Below are positions 27,824-37,368 of a stretch of DNA of 64,000 nt, one piece after another. How positions within the stretch are numbered: the first letter of the stretch is position 1; each line of letters begins with the position of its first letter. The notes under the pieces were generated by a model. That model saw nothing but the letters and a program-made list of their open reading frames with translations. It was not told where the DNA came from and made no database searches. Both the position numbers and the translations under genes were made by a program. Location: contig CANPXB010000003.1 in NCBI GenBank assembly GCA_947585595.1, positions 20,301 through 84,300 on the forward strand, written 5' to 3'. This DNA comes from an uncultured Bacilli bacterium (lineage in GTDB: Bacteria > Bacillota_I > Bacilli_A > RF39 > UBA660).

Positions 27824-28342
27824 ATGGCTTGTTTATTTACTGATGAAGTTAATACTCCAAAAGAATTAGCAAAATATTTAAAAGAAAATAAAATCGAAAT
27901 TCCTGAATATCGTCCAGCTGTCATTGCTTTAATTGTTAATAAAGATAATGAAATTCTTTTACAAAGAAGAGGACCCAAATCTCGTGATGAACAATATAAA
28001 TTAGAAGATATTGGTGGTGCTTACGAAGAAACTGATAAAAATTTTAGAGAAGCTCTATTAAGAGAAATAAAAGAAGAAGTAGGGGATGAAGCTAAAATAA
28101 ATATCGATTACTTTGCCGGTGCTTTCTTAATTAATAAATTTGATCGTCGTACTGATTCTTATGTTAATTGGTTATTTTTATTATATAAATGTACTTATCT
28201 CGGTGGTAACTTAGCTAATAATGAAGAAGGTAAATCACTTGGTTATGAATTTTATAAATATGAAGATTTACTAAATAGCGATGCAACTGAAACAGTATTA
28301 ACTTTTTGGAACTTTTATCATAACGAATATAAAGATATTTAA
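27824..28342 (+). CDS. NUDIX hydrolase
   Basis: Nudix box GGAYEETDKNFREALLREIKEEVG (GX5EX7REUXEEXGU). Confidence 0.85.
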   Translation: MACLFTDEVNTPKELAKYLKENKIEIPEYRPAVIALIVNKDNEILLQRRGPKSRDEQYKLEDIGGAYEETDKNFREALLREIKEEVGDEAKINIDYFAGAFLINKFDRRTDSYVNWLFLLYKCTYLGGNLANNEEGKSLGYEFYKYEDLLNSDATETVLTFWNFYHNEYKDI

Positions 28343-28377
28343 AAAAAAGACTAAATTTAATTTATTTTAGTCTTTTT
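28341..28377. terminator. Bidirectional terminator between convergent genes
   Basis: 11-bp stem AAAAGACTAAA / TTTAGTCTTTT flanked by A- and T-runs. Confidence 0.7.
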
Positions 28378-29066
28378 ATATGTTCATAAAAATATTCATG
28401 ATCTGCAGCACAATCAACTTTATCTAAAGCCATATCATTTTCTATTTTTCTTCCCTCTTTATCTATTATAAAATGATCATCATCTTCTATTTCACTTCTT
28501 AATACTTTACCAGTTAAATTATTAAACATAATTGTTTGAGCTCCAATACCTATAGTACCTCCAACACTCATATAATCTTTTAAAGCACAAGGTACAACAT
28601 CCATTTCTATATCATCTTTAGTTACAATACTATCTATATCTAATAAAACGATATCTTTTTCCTCTTTTACTACTAAATTAGGTATTCTAATATCATGATA
28701 ATAAATACCTACTTCATTAAAACTTTCAATAATTCTTCTAAGTAAACTAAGTAAAAATATTTTCTCTTCAAAAGAAAACTTATCACTATTAATATGATGA
28801 CCAAATACTGGTTCCATTACATAACCTTTAATTCTTCTTCTAGAAAACCAAGAACTTACTAAATAATATATTTTAGGATAATACTTTTTTAAATGTTCAA
28901 ATTGTTCTAAGTATAGTAATTTTCTTCTTTTACCTATCCGTTCATCTTTAGATACAAAACATTTAAACTTTTTATAGTATCCATCTTTCATATCATATAC
29001 ATTAGCTTCTGAACCAGTTCCTTTTACATCACCTTTATGGATACCTATAATACTTCTTGTTTGCAT
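28362..29066 (-). CDS. Small protein-kinase-fold protein (Bud32/RIO/Kdo-like), paralogue 1
   Basis: Gly-loop GTGSEANVY, Lys in YYKKF, catalytic loop YHDIRIPNLV, metal-binding LLDIDS. 234 aa. Confidence 0.6.
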   Translation of the reverse strand: MQTRSIIGIHKGDVKGTGSEANVYDMKDGYYKKFKCFVSKDERIGKRRKLLYLEQFEHLKKYYPKIYYLVSSWFSRRRIKGYVMEPVFGHHINSDKFSFEEKIFLLSLLRRIIESFNEVGIYYHDIRIPNLVVKEEKDIVLLDIDSIVTKDDIEMDVVPCALKDYMSVGGTIGIGAQTIMFNNLTGKVLRSEIEDDDHFIIDKEGRKIENDMALDKVDCAADHEYFYEHIKRLK

Positions 29067-29083
29067 AATATCACTTCTAACTA

Positions 29084-29785
29084 TTAAATCTTTTTAATAT
29101 GTTCATATAAATACTCATGATCAAATGCTGAATCAGGTATAGCATTAATTAAACCTTTCATCAAAACCATTCCCTCTTTATCTAAGACAACTCTTTTTTG
29201 ATAATAATCATCTTGTAAAAAAGCATTAGTAAACTTATTAAACATTGCTAATTGAGCATTAAGTCCGTGTTTACCACCCTTCATCATATATATTTCTAAT
29301 TGTGAAGGAATAACATCTAAATAAGGATGTTCTGTTGTTGTAATACTATCAATATCTAAAAAGACAATATTTCTATCAGGAGTCATTTTAATATTAGGTG
29401 ATCTTAAATCATGATAAATAATATCTTCTTTATTAAACTCTTCTAATATTGCTCTAATTAGTTTTAAAACAACAATCTTCTCTTCAAAAGAAAACTCTAT
29501 TTCATTTAAATAATACCCAATTACATCTTCCATAACATAACCATCTATAATATTTCTTCTTTGAATCGAAGATATGACTAAATAATAAATATGAGGATAA
29601 TACTTCTTTAAATGTTCTAATTGTTCTAAGTATAATAATTTTCTTTTCTTACATGCTCTTTTATCATCATTAACATCTTTAATAAACTCTTTATAAACAC
29701 CTTCAGGAACTCGATATATCTTAGCCTCTGAACCCTGTCCTATAACTACATCTTTTTTAATATTTAATACATTTCTTTCTTTCAT
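29084..29785 (-). CDS. Small protein-kinase-fold protein (Bud32/RIO/Kdo-like), paralogue 2
   Basis: GQGSEAKIY, VYKEF, YHDLRSPNIK, FLDIDS. Roughly half the residues are identical to the neighbour (KRKLLYLEQLEHLKKYYP, DHEYLYEHIK). Confidence 0.6.
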   Translation of the reverse strand: MKERNVLNIKKDVVIGQGSEAKIYRVPEGVYKEFIKDVNDDKRACKKRKLLYLEQLEHLKKYYPHIYYLVISSIQRRNIIDGYVMEDVIGYYLNEIEFSFEEKIVVLKLIRAILEEFNKEDIIYHDLRSPNIKMTPDRNIVFLDIDSITTTEHPYLDVIPSQLEIYMMKGGKHGLNAQLAMFNKFTNAFLQDDYYQKRVVLDKEGMVLMKGLINAIPDSAFDHEYLYEHIKKI

Positions 29786-29842
29786 TTATATCACATGTCA
29801 TATTATATCTAAATTTTCTTTAAAAGCAAATCAATCTTAAAT

Positions 29843-29870
29843 TTGCATTTCTCTTTATTTGTGCTAAAAT
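29843..29870 (+). promoter_or_regulatory. Sigma-A promoter with TG-extended -10
   Basis: -35 TTGCAT, 16-nt spacer, TGcTAAAAT. Lies 21 nt upstream of the 29891 start. Confidence 0.55.
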
Positions 29871-29890
29871 TAAATCCGTGGTGAAATTAT

Positions 29891-30478
29891 ATGGTTGAAC
29901 CTATATATAAAAAAGATAATGAAAATCATGAAAAATGGTTTGTCGAATATTGTCAAAAAGTCAGAAATAATACTATTGAAATTCATAAAGTCTTAAGTTC
30001 TAATGATTATCTTAACTGGTTAGTTAGTTTTTCTAATCAAGTTCCATCTTTAACTGATGATAATATTGTAGTTAATTATAGAGAACAAGATCTAATTAAT
30101 ATTCAAAGATTAAGATATTTATTTGAAGCTATTAGATTATATGCTGATAAATCTTATATTGCTCCTGATGAAGTAGAAGGTAGTTATATTTATTATTTAA
30201 ATTATCAAGGCCATATCTTTCAAATTGGTGAACTTATTAGTGATATTAAAACTTATTCTTATCATCGTTTAAGTGATATTCCCTCTAATACTGTTGTAAT
30301 TGATTTCCAAGATATGCAAGAAGATAAAAAATTATTACAAAATGATTCGATTAAAGTTAGTTTAGCTGAATTAGCTAAACACATTGAACTACTATTAGAT
30401 AATGGTATACCTGAAGAAGATATTTTAAAAACTACACAAGAAACTATTAATTTAAAGTTTAAGAAGAAAGATGAATAA
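29891..30478 (+). CDS. Hypothetical protein
   Basis: RBS GTGGTGA. No TM segment and no recognised motif. Confidence 0.5.
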   Translation: MVEPIYKKDNENHEKWFVEYCQKVRNNTIEIHKVLSSNDYLNWLVSFSNQVPSLTDDNIVVNYREQDLINIQRLRYLFEAIRLYADKSYIAPDEVEGSYIYYLNYQGHIFQIGELISDIKTYSYHRLSDIPSNTVVIDFQDMQEDKKLLQNDSIKVSLAELAKHIELLLDNGIPEEDILKTTQETINLKFKKKDE

Positions 30479-30539
30479 ATCTTTCTTTTATTTGTTAATA
30501 ATTTATGATAAGATAATTGATACTTAAGGAGATTTTGGT

Positions 30540-31775
30540 ATGAGAGATAAAAAAGATGCTCGTTTTGAACAGTTAATTGCTGGAGCTTTAGTTAAATTTG
30601 AAAAAATAGATTATGTTGGTTTAACTTTATTAAGTGGAGGATTAGGTTTAAGTGGTGTTACTTTAAGTGATGGTCCAATTATTGATATAGGTCGTTACAT
30701 AACTATTGAAGATGGAAATGTATCTCTTAAAGAAGGTTTAAGTTTAGATAATACTATGTGTGGTTATTTTACTTTAAGAGAAAAATTAGATAACTATCAA
30801 GGAGATAAAATAAGAAAGTATCTAGCTTCATTAAATATTAAAAACTTTATAATGCGTAAGATAAGAGAATATCCATCTATTCCTGTTGAAAAGAAAGAAA
30901 ACTATTTTAGTGGTCTAGAAATATCTTATCTTGAAGAATTATTAAAAGATGGTTATCTTACAGTTATATGGAATGATGATTATATTCCTGAAGATTTTCA
31001 AGAATATAAATTAACTAAAAAAGGTGAAGTAGCATTATTTAAAGAAGATAACATAGATTTATTAACTGATTTCATTCTAACTTTAGAAAGTGCTTGTTAT
31101 GATCCATCATTACTAGATGATTTTTTGATGGCGCAGAATTTACATGATCAACCACAAGAATTATTAACTTTATATAATTATGAAATCTTTGGTGATTTAT
31201 ATGATCGTAATATCTTATCTGATAATGCTGATCTACCTCAATTTAAACCATTACATTATGAACCTAAAACTGGTTATGATGAAGAATCTAAAACTTTAAT
31301 AAATGACTTATTAGGTGTCTTAGAAAGTGATCATTCGGTAATGATATGTCATCCTAATCATATCTTTAAGAATAAACCAGTTACTAAAGAAACTCCTGTT
31401 ATAACCAGAATTAATTGGGATAATATTAATCCATTAAGAATGTTACAATATGCTGATTATAGTGAATTTGTTGATGTTAATAAAGCTTATCAGTTCGCCC
31501 ATCGTCGTTTAAGACATCAAATCTTACCAGCTATAAATAATGGTGATAAAGATGTTGTTAAATATCTAGCTGTTGTTGAAAAATATGTATTAGATGGTGA
31601 AGATAACTATGTTGTAAGAGGACTTATTAAAGGAGATATCTCTAGTATTAATATTGCTTTTAATCCTGAATATGCTAAAACTATTACTCATGATATATGG
31701 AGTAGAGGTCTAAGAATGGGTGATCATAATACTCCTGAATTATATTTAAAAAAACACCCTTCTAAAGAAGAATAA
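30540..31775 (+). CDS. Hypothetical protein
   Basis: RBS AAGGAG. No TM segment and no recognised motif. Confidence 0.5.
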   Translation: MRDKKDARFEQLIAGALVKFEKIDYVGLTLLSGGLGLSGVTLSDGPIIDIGRYITIEDGNVSLKEGLSLDNTMCGYFTLREKLDNYQGDKIRKYLASLNIKNFIMRKIREYPSIPVEKKENYFSGLEISYLEELLKDGYLTVIWNDDYIPEDFQEYKLTKKGEVALFKEDNIDLLTDFILTLESACYDPSLLDDFLMAQNLHDQPQELLTLYNYEIFGDLYDRNILSDNADLPQFKPLHYEPKTGYDEESKTLINDLLGVLESDHSVMICHPNHIFKNKPVTKETPVITRINWDNINPLRMLQYADYSEFVDVNKAYQFAHRRLRHQILPAINNGDKDVVKYLAVVEKYVLDGEDNYVVRGLIKGDISSINIAFNPEYAKTITHDIWSRGLRMGDHNTPELYLKKHPSKEE

Positions 31776-31781
31776 AGAATA

Positions 31782-31809
31782 TTTACATTTTATAAATTTG
31801 TGCTAATAT
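31782..31809 (+). promoter_or_regulatory. Sigma-A promoter with TG-extended -10
   Basis: -35 TTTACA, 16-nt spacer, TGcTAATAT. Confidence 0.55.
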
Positions 31810-31843
31810 ATAAATCACTAATTTATTAGGAGGATTAGTAAAA

Positions 31844-32962
31844 ATGAGTTTAAGAGAAAAAATTAAAAAAAGTTTTAAGAAAGAAGAAATAAAACCTACA
31901 TCTACTGTATCTATCGTTGATAATACTTTTGATAATGGTGAAAATCTACCAAAAATTACTTTTGATGGTCGTAATTCATTAATTGCTTTAGGTCAATGGA
32001 TGGGTATGTTAAAATCTGTTAAAGTTAAAGGTGCTTTAGGTATTGAAATTCATGAACACTTATCAGCTACTGAATTAGATCAAAATGAAGCAGTATCAGC
32101 AGATGAACTACGTGAAGCAAGTATTGAATTTGCTAAATTACTTATTCAAACTGGTATAGATCAAGATGAAACTATCGTTATTAGTGATTTTGATGAAGAA
32201 AAAGGTATCTTTAAATGTCACTTACAAAATGCTAATAAAGATCTAGATATAGTTTATCGTTATGGTAGTTTCTTAGATGAAGGACCAACATTTACTATTA
32301 CTGAAGGTGAAAATATCACTAAGTATGACTACATCTATGCTTGGGATGAATATCCTCGTTTTTTAAAAATGTCTAACTATACTAGAGTAAATCCTGAAAC
32401 TAAAGTTAAATATTGGTTTTATGATAGTATATACTTCTTATCTTGTAATTTAGTTGATGGTGATTATGAATTATCTATTCATATTGATTATCCTAAAAAC
32501 AATACTGATGATGATTCTAAAAAAGAATATTTTGATTTAGTTAAACTACGTACTTTATTAATGAATACTAGATTACCTCATCAAACTGATTCGATGTTTA
32601 GTATGATTCAAAGTTGCATGTTATGTGATGTAAGTTCTTTCAAAGAACTAACTATTACAGAAGTTAAAAAACAAGATGAAGAAGAAATAGTAACAAATAA
32701 AATAGCTTTAACTAATGGTAAATTATCTCAATTTGTTATTACTAAAGATCATCATACTATTACTTTAAATGGTGATAAGAGTTGGACTCGTCAAGATCTA
32801 AGTACAACAATTGCTGAAGATAGTCAAGGTTATGTCTCATACCATGCTGAAAGTATCTTAAAAGATAATCTATGTTTAATAGATGTTCCAGCTGAGTACT
32901 TATTAGCTAAAGAAGAAGTTAAAGAAGTATCTGATTTATCTTTAAAACTATTAAATAAATAA
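31844..32962 (+). CDS. Hypothetical protein
   Basis: RBS AGGAGG. No TM segment and no recognised motif. Confidence 0.5.
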   Translation: MSLREKIKKSFKKEEIKPTSTVSIVDNTFDNGENLPKITFDGRNSLIALGQWMGMLKSVKVKGALGIEIHEHLSATELDQNEAVSADELREASIEFAKLLIQTGIDQDETIVISDFDEEKGIFKCHLQNANKDLDIVYRYGSFLDEGPTFTITEGENITKYDYIYAWDEYPRFLKMSNYTRVNPETKVKYWFYDSIYFLSCNLVDGDYELSIHIDYPKNNTDDDSKKEYFDLVKLRTLLMNTRLPHQTDSMFSMIQSCMLCDVSSFKELTITEVKKQDEEEIVTNKIALTNGKLSQFVITKDHHTITLNGDKSWTRQDLSTTIAEDSQGYVSYHAESILKDNLCLIDVPAEYLLAKEEVKEVSDLSLKLLNK

Positions 32963-32963
32963 T

Positions 32964-32993
32964 AAAACTACTTACCCAAACGTAAGTAGTTTT
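32964..32993. terminator. Bidirectional terminator between convergent genes
   Basis: Perfect 12-bp stem AAAACTACTTAC / GTAAGTAGTTTT. Confidence 0.75.
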
Positions 32994-32997
32994 ACTA

Positions 32998-34113
32998 TTA
33001 ATTAAAAAATTCATATAACCAAATAGAAGGATAACCTAAATATTTTACTTTAAACTTATATATACCTACTACTTTATAACTAGGTATCTTACTATCACTA
33101 TCTATATTATTATCACCCTTCGTTTCATAATATGTTATATTATTAATTATCTTTTTAGAAGTAATTCTATGTATTAATAATCTATTATTATCATCAAAGA
33201 CAATAATTGAATTTAAAGGAAGATTGTTTATATCATTTTTATTTAGTTGTTTATAAATAATTACATCTCCTCTATCTATACTAGGAGACATACTATTAGA
33301 AAGAATAGTTATTGGTTTATATTTAAATAACCCTAACATAAAACAAACTAACAAAGTAGCAAAAATAAATGTTAATGCATAACTTATTAGTACAAAAGAA
33401 TTTTTCCTGTCTTTTTCTTTTGTTTTCTTAAATAAATAATATATCATAAATAATTCTATTATCTTTAACATACAATTAGTTAACCAATTAACATTCGGAT
33501 ACATTGGAAATATTAAATAAAGACTATTAACTATAATAAAGATTAAAACACTTATAAAAGAACTCTTTATTTCTATATAACTAATTAATATATTTTTAAA
33601 TATAATAGGTATTATATAAGATAATAAGTATATAAATAATAATTTCTTACTATCTAATATTATCATTAAATAACTAAAATTAATTTCCCATAATATAAAT
33701 ATAATAATTATTAAAATATTAATAATCTTTTTCTTTTCATTAATTAAAATATATTTACTTAATTCTAAAATAATTATAAAGATTATATATGTAACATAAT
33801 CTATCTTTAAAGGATTTACTAAAAAACCAAATTTAATTCCTAAAACATAATTAATAAAAATATAAACAATAACTACTAATAAAATCATTACACTATCTTT
33901 ATAATTAATTTTCTTAAACCTATTTCTTTTAAATAATAAAATATATAAAAGGGTTAATAATGAGATATAAATATTAATTTTATTAAAATAAATAGTTGTT
34001 AATATATTTAATAATAGTATTATGAATAAAAGATTATCTTTAATTATAAAAAATATATTAGATATCTTTCCAATATATGGCTTTAATATATTTTTAACTT
34101 TGAACATATTCAA
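32998..34113 (-). CDS. ER/SipW-type (S26B) signal peptidase I fused to a ~255-aa N-terminal polytopic membrane domain
   Basis: The C-terminal ~115 aa carry SNSMSPSIDRGD (Ser box), LLIHRI (His box) and TKGDNNIDSD. They are preceded by at least 7 hydrophobic segments. Confidence 0.7.
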   Translation of the reverse strand: MNMFKVKNILKPYIGKISNIFFIIKDNLLFIILLLNILTTIYFNKINIYISLLTLLYILLFKRNRFKKINYKDSVMILLVVIVYIFINYVLGIKFGFLVNPLKIDYVTYIIFIIILELSKYILINEKKKIINILIIIIFILWEINFSYLMIILDSKKLLFIYLLSYIIPIIFKNILISYIEIKSSFISVLIFIIVNSLYLIFPMYPNVNWLTNCMLKIIELFMIYYLFKKTKEKDRKNSFVLISYALTFIFATLLVCFMLGLFKYKPITILSNSMSPSIDRGDVIIYKQLNKNDINNLPLNSIIVFDDNNRLLIHRITSKKIINNITYYETKGDNNIDSDSKIPSYKVVGIYKFKVKYLGYPSIWLYEFFN

Positions 34114-34588
34114 TAAATCCTGTTAATTTATTTGTTGTTATTTGTGGATTATCTATTATTTTATCATCATATTTAATTGTAATAATAAATGTCGTTTCTT
34201 CGCCAACATCTAAGTATTTAGCAATCTCACTTGTTTCAAATATTATTGGACATTCTTCATCATTTACTTCACTTTTAAATAAAACATTATTTAATTGAGC
34301 TTTTATATTTCCTTGATTAGCTATTGTTACTTGATATTTAATTTCATCTCCTGGTTTAGTTAACTCAGTATTAAAATTAATATAAGTATTATTATAAGTT
34401 GGTAAACTTGTTTTAAGATTATTACTCGTACTTAATATTTTAACATTAGTAATTCTTATATCCCAAATTCCTTCAATATTAGCTGTTCCAACAATATATA
34501 TCTTAGTTGTTAACATTGCATAACCAAAACTCATTATTGATATAGCTAATAACAAGATAAATATTATAAAATATTTTTTATTTTTCAT
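34094..34588 (-). CDS. Small secreted protein, candidate cognate substrate of the adjacent SipW-type peptidase
   Basis: Strong RBS AAAGGAG. Signal-anchor followed by GYAMLTTKIYIVGTANIEG. The rest is beta-rich. 20-nt overlap with the peptidase gene. Confidence 0.5.
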   Translation of the reverse strand: MKNKKYFIIFILLLAISIMSFGYAMLTTKIYIVGTANIEGIWDIRITNVKILSTSNNLKTSLPTYNNTYINFNTELTKPGDEIKYQVTIANQGNIKAQLNNVLFKSEVNDEECPIIFETSEIAKYLDVGEETTFIITIKYDDKIIDNPQITTNKLTGFIEYVQS

Positions 34589-34704
34589 TTTATTCTCCTT
34601 TCAAAAAAGCATTAACACTATTTGAAAGATTAAAATGAATAAATAGTTTATTTTATTTAAATAACTATTCTTAATATATTATATGTTCTTAAATAATAAT
34701 GGTT

Positions 34705-34732
34705 ACAAAAAATACCAAGTAATCTTGGTATT
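34705..34732 (-). terminator. Rho-independent terminator (minus strand)
   Basis: Stem AATACCAAG / CTTGGTATT followed by T6 on the minus strand. Confidence 0.65.
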
Positions 34733-35015
34733 ATATTTTCTTAAGTTCAATTAAATCAAATCCATTATCTTTAATATATTTATTAATATCATTTATTTGT
34801 TTTTTAGATAATTCATTTATAAAAGGATGTTCCTTTAATTTATCATAATGTTTTATTTCTACTACTTTTAATAAACCAAAAGGTGAATTATATATGTTAT
34901 TAACTATATACTTATTAACTTCTAAAGATACTCTAGTTGTATAAATATTTAACTTATTATTAAGTCTTTCTATGTAACTAGAATATTCTTCTTTTGGAAA
35001 ATCTATATAATTCAT
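34731..35015 (-). CDS. Hypothetical small protein
   Basis: RBS AAGAGGA. 94 aa. No confident family assignment. Confidence 0.45.
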   Translation of the reverse strand: MNYIDFPKEEYSSYIERLNNKLNIYTTRVSLEVNKYIVNNIYNSPFGLLKVVEIKHYDKLKEHPFINELSKKQINDINKYIKDNGFDLIELKKI

Positions 35016-35023
35016 AATTCCTC

Positions 35024-35872
35024 TTATGACATTCTTTTTAAAACATATTTATTATCTTCAAAACATTCTTGATAACTTGCTTCATTATCTCCTCGTTTAA
35101 CTTGAATTCTTAAAAAAGGATCATCTCTATCTTCATTAATTTTAACTACCATATTTTGTCTTTCACGACGATCTAATAATTTACCATTAAGATAAGCATA
35201 TAATAAAGCTCTTTCAAAAGGGCCTTTAACATTTCCAATGTTAATTAACTTATCATTATAAAATTGTAACTTTCTTTGTGTTAAATTAAAAGTACTATTT
35301 CTATCTAAGCCAAAAAAGTCATAAGCAGAATTTCTTGAAGCTAACTTTGTATGTAAATGATTCATTAAACCATGTAAGGCATCATATAAAGTCTGTAATC
35401 CTAATGCACTATCTATTGTATCAATATAAGCATGTTCTAAATTAACTAAATTGGGATGACTACTATTTATTGTTTTATATCTAGGTATCTTCCCAAAATA
35501 ATTAGGTCTTAAACCATATTGATTACGGAATAAATCACCTAATGGATCTAAGAAATATAATCCTTTATCGCCTTCTACTACTATAGCAAATAAAGGTATC
35601 TTAGCACTATTAGCTTTAACTCTTTCGGCTTTAATCCCAAACTTTTTAAATATTTCTACATAAAAATCAGAAATAGTAGCACAAACTATATAAGGTGCTT
35701 TATTAATAAATCCTTGATTAAATTGTCTTAATTTTTCTTCATCACTAGCTAAAAAGTAATCTAAATCTCTTTGAAATAGGGGAGCTAATTTAACATACAA
35801 AAAACGAATGATATAGTCTTTCGGCCAATCAAATTGTACTTGTCTTAATATTTCTGCTATTTGTTCATTCAT
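35024..35872 (-). CDS. Hypothetical protein (faint transglutaminase-like core pattern, catalytic His not evident)
   Basis: RBS GGGGG. The VCATISDFYVEIFKKFGIKA ... LYFLDP pattern is present. Confidence 0.4.
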   Translation of the reverse strand: MNEQIAEILRQVQFDWPKDYIIRFLYVKLAPLFQRDLDYFLASDEEKLRQFNQGFINKAPYIVCATISDFYVEIFKKFGIKAERVKANSAKIPLFAIVVEGDKGLYFLDPLGDLFRNQYGLRPNYFGKIPRYKTINSSHPNLVNLEHAYIDTIDSALGLQTLYDALHGLMNHLHTKLASRNSAYDFFGLDRNSTFNLTQRKLQFYNDKLINIGNVKGPFERALLYAYLNGKLLDRRERQNMVVKINEDRDDPFLRIQVKRGDNEASYQECFEDNKYVLKRMS

Positions 35873-35975
35873 ATATTAACCCCCTTCAAGCCCAAACTTG
35901 CAATAGGATACCATAAATATGAGAAAAAGTCTAATTATTTGGGATAGTATGATAAAATAAAAATGGTGAAAATAT

Positions 35976-36632
35976 ATGCAGTTAGAAGAACTTAATAAAG
36001 AATATGATAAATTACAAAGAAAATATGGTGCTAAAGAATTAGATTCTATTTATAATGGTGGATGTTCTAATAACCCTAATATCTGTTTTGTTTTCATGAA
36101 TCCCACTGGTCGTAATATCGCCTCTAGTAAAGATTGGCATGGTCGCAAATCTCCTTGGATAGGTACTAAAAATATTTGGGATTTATTTTGTCCCTTAAAT
36201 CTTATTACTAAAGAAACCTATACTAAAATAAAAGAGTTAAAGAGTAGTGAATGGACTCCAGAGTTCGCTGATAAAGTATATAAAGATATTACTAATCATC
36301 ATATCTTTATTACTAACTTAGGTAAATGTACACAAATAGATGCTAGGGAACTACCAGATGAAGTCTATAAAAAATATCTTCATTTATTAGAAAAAGAAAT
36401 ATCTATAATAAATCCTAAAGTTATCGTTCTTTTTGGTAATCAAGTAAGTTCTATTGTTCTAAATAATAAAATATCTGTTTCTAAATCCCGTAAACAATTA
36501 TTTACTAAAGAAATAAACAATAAAACGTATGATTGTTATTCTATCTATTACCCTATAGGTAATGGTCGATTTAATATCGATAAATCTATTGAAGATATTA
36601 AATGGATTATAGATAAATATCATTTTATGTAA
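35976..36632 (+). CDS. Uracil-DNA glycosylase superfamily protein
   Basis: CFVFMNPTG in the motif-A position, NLGKCTQ, and VIVLFGNQV in the motif-B region. Confidence 0.55.
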   Translation: MQLEELNKEYDKLQRKYGAKELDSIYNGGCSNNPNICFVFMNPTGRNIASSKDWHGRKSPWIGTKNIWDLFCPLNLITKETYTKIKELKSSEWTPEFADKVYKDITNHHIFITNLGKCTQIDARELPDEVYKKYLHLLEKEISIINPKVIVLFGNQVSSIVLNNKISVSKSRKQLFTKEINNKTYDCYSIYYPIGNGRFNIDKSIEDIKWIIDKYHFM

Positions 36633-36697
36633 GTTAAAAAAATATACTAAAAAAAATTATTAGTGAGAACTAATACTAAAGAAAGTAGGTTAAAACT

Positions 36698-37330
36698 ATG
36701 ATAATATTTGATTTAGATGGAACATTATGGGATACAATAGATGCTACATATCAAGCTACAATTAATATTACATCTAATATAAATGATATAAATAAAATAA
36801 GTAAGGAAACAGTAAAAACAGGTATGGGCTTATCACTAAGTGAAAATGCTTACCATTATATGCCCAATATCGAAAAAGAAAAAAGAGAAGCAATCTTAAA
36901 GCAAATAAATAACGAAACAATAAAACTATTAGGTGAAGGCCAAACTAAATTTTATTTAGGGATGAAGAGTACTATCAAAAAACTAAGTCAAAAATATCCT
37001 TTAGGTATTGTTACTAATAACAATGATGAATATGCTAAAATATTTCTTGAAACATCCAATTTAAAACAGTATTTTAAAGATTTTATTGGTGCTGCAAGTT
37101 ATAATATTACCAAAAGTGAAGCTATAAAACTATTACTTAAAAGAAATAATCAAAAGAATGGTTATTATGTTGGAGATACTAAAAAAGATTTAGAAGCATC
37201 AAATGAAGCAAATGTAACTTTTATTCATGCCAGATATGGAATCGAAAAAAATATATCTACTACATATAATATTAAAAGTATTATCTTTTTACCGTCTTTA
37301 ATAAATAAAATAGAAACTAAAAAATTATAA
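36698..37330 (+). CDS. HAD-superfamily phosphatase (phosphoglycolate phosphatase/PpaX-like)
   Basis: Motif I IIFDLDGTLWDT, motif II GIVTNN, motif IV YVGDTKKD. Confidence 0.7.
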   Translation: MIIFDLDGTLWDTIDATYQATINITSNINDINKISKETVKTGMGLSLSENAYHYMPNIEKEKREAILKQINNETIKLLGEGQTKFYLGMKSTIKKLSQKYPLGIVTNNNDEYAKIFLETSNLKQYFKDFIGAASYNITKSEAIKLLLKRNNQKNGYYVGDTKKDLEASNEANVTFIHARYGIEKNISTTYNIKSIIFLPSLINKIETKKL

Positions 37331-37336
37331 ACAACT

Positions 37337-37368
37337 AAAAGGTTACATTAATTTGTAACCTTCTTTTA
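37337..37368. terminator. Bidirectional terminator between convergent genes
   Basis: Stem AAGGTTACA / TGTAACCTT. Confidence 0.7.
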
